DNA of 38,185 bases, taken from NCBI GenBank assembly GCA_025351145.1, contig JANXWM010000329.1, positions 1-38,185 of the forward strand. Direction: 5' to 3'. A program made the position numbers and the translations under genes. Shown here piece after piece: positions 37,736-38,185 of this stretch (positions within the stretch are counted from its first letter, which is position 1; the number at the start of each line of letters is the position of its first letter). This stretch comes from Chitinophagaceae bacterium (lineage in GTDB: Bacteria > Bacteroidota > Bacteroidia > Chitinophagales > Chitinophagaceae). Below the pieces are notes generated by a model. It was given only the letters and a program-made list of their open reading frames with translations. It ran no database searches and was not told the DNA's origin.

Positions 37736-37789
37736 GGCTAAAGCCCGAACATCACGCAAGTTTTAAACCCAAGGCATAAACCTTGGGTT
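37736..37789. repeat. Half copy of the CTAAAG-loop palindromic family
   Basis: GGCTAAAGCCCGAA (same as 28127-28140) followed by hairpin AACCCAAGG-CATAAA-CCTTGGGTT. Confidence 0.55.
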
Positions 37790-37886
37790 AAAAAAAACAA
37801 ACCAACAGGCATAAACCAAAGTGCCGGCTGCAATAAATTTTTTACGCAAATAACGTTGTTGCACATTGCTCATTAATGTTCCGAAC

Positions 37887-37944
37887 GTACAAGAGTGCGA
37901 CGCAACTAAAGCTTCATAGAAATGCTTCTGCCCGGTACAAAAAA
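37887..37944 (+). repeat. Dispersed element copy 24
   Basis: Exact core at 37887-37905, 24-nt spacer, GCCCGGTACAAAAAA abutting the TAA at 37945-37947. Confidence 0.95.
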
Positions 37945-38185
37945 TTAACCCTTTACAAGTTTCATGTTTTCGGGATCCCAGTTAATGATTTTTTCTTCGA
38001 AATAACTTGCGTTGCACGCAAGTGCCGGGGCGGCAGCCCTGAAGCCAAAAGTGGAGTCTTCAACAGATTGTTTGCCCGTTCTTACCGCATCGAAAAAGTT
38101 GGTAAAATGATCAAGGTGGTCGCTGTATCCAACAGGTGCTTTAAATTCTATATCTGCTTTTGTAGGTCGTTTCTTTTCATCCTCG
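37945..38185 (-). CDS. C-terminal fragment of a probable Gfo/Idh/MocA-family oxidoreductase
   Basis: ...DHLDHFTNFFDAVRTGKQSVEDSTFGFRAAAPALACNASYFEEKIINWDPENMKLVKG*. Confidence 0.7.
   Translation of the reverse strand, partial: EDEKKRPTKADIEFKAPVGYSDHLDHFTNFFDAVRTGKQSVEDSTFGFRAAAPALACNASYFEEKIINWDPENMKLVKG

Noticed and set aside
3105-37944. CRISPR array interpretation of the recurring 19-bp core
   Set aside because: Copies are dispersed, in both orientations and separated by whole genes; no cas genes
3105-37944. Integron attC sites or intrinsic terminators as the identity of the main element
   Set aside because: No RYYYAAC/GTTRRRY ends or integrase; orientation is unrelated to gene direction; separate true terminators exist, e.g. 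12894-12924 next to copy 9
38005-38023. Hairpin ACTTGCGTTGCACGCAAGT resembling the element core
   Set aside because: Lies inside coding sequence (ALACNAS) with a different centre and no spacer or tail
1-38185. tRNA or rRNA genes
   Set aside because: No cloverleaf or rRNA-like sequence recognised by eye; a covariance search was not possible

Overview
Chromosomal window from a Bacteroidota genome, most likely Chitinophagaceae-like (T9SS C-terminal sorting domains, TAnnTTTG promoters, Bacteroidota-type rpsA/mfd); the taxonomy is inference. From left to right it holds: an ISL3-type IS end; a decayed restriction-modification/HNH islet; CAP protein, ubiX and rpsA; several secreted proteins; a carotenoid/light-response cluster (CarH/LitR-like MerR, ECF sigma, crtI, crtB, idi, crtD, cruF, crtZ, crtY, DUF2256, SDR, photolyase-like protein); a T9SS LRR protein; mfd; an AT-rich islet with a caspase-fold candidate; and hydrolase genes. 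The most striking signal is non-coding. I counted 24 copies (plus 2 remnants) of a multipartite dispersed element: AAAGC box, ~16 nt, core GTACAAGAGTGCGACGCAA, a mostly 23-25 nt spacer, then a GCCYGGYWCAAAAAA tail. Copy orientation alternates along the chromosome (16 consecutive copies; 20 of 23 neighbour pairs), independent of gene strand, and the tails often abut start or stop codons. At least four other palindromic repeat families occur, one in-frame inside mfd. Family names come from motif recognition only; no searches were run.
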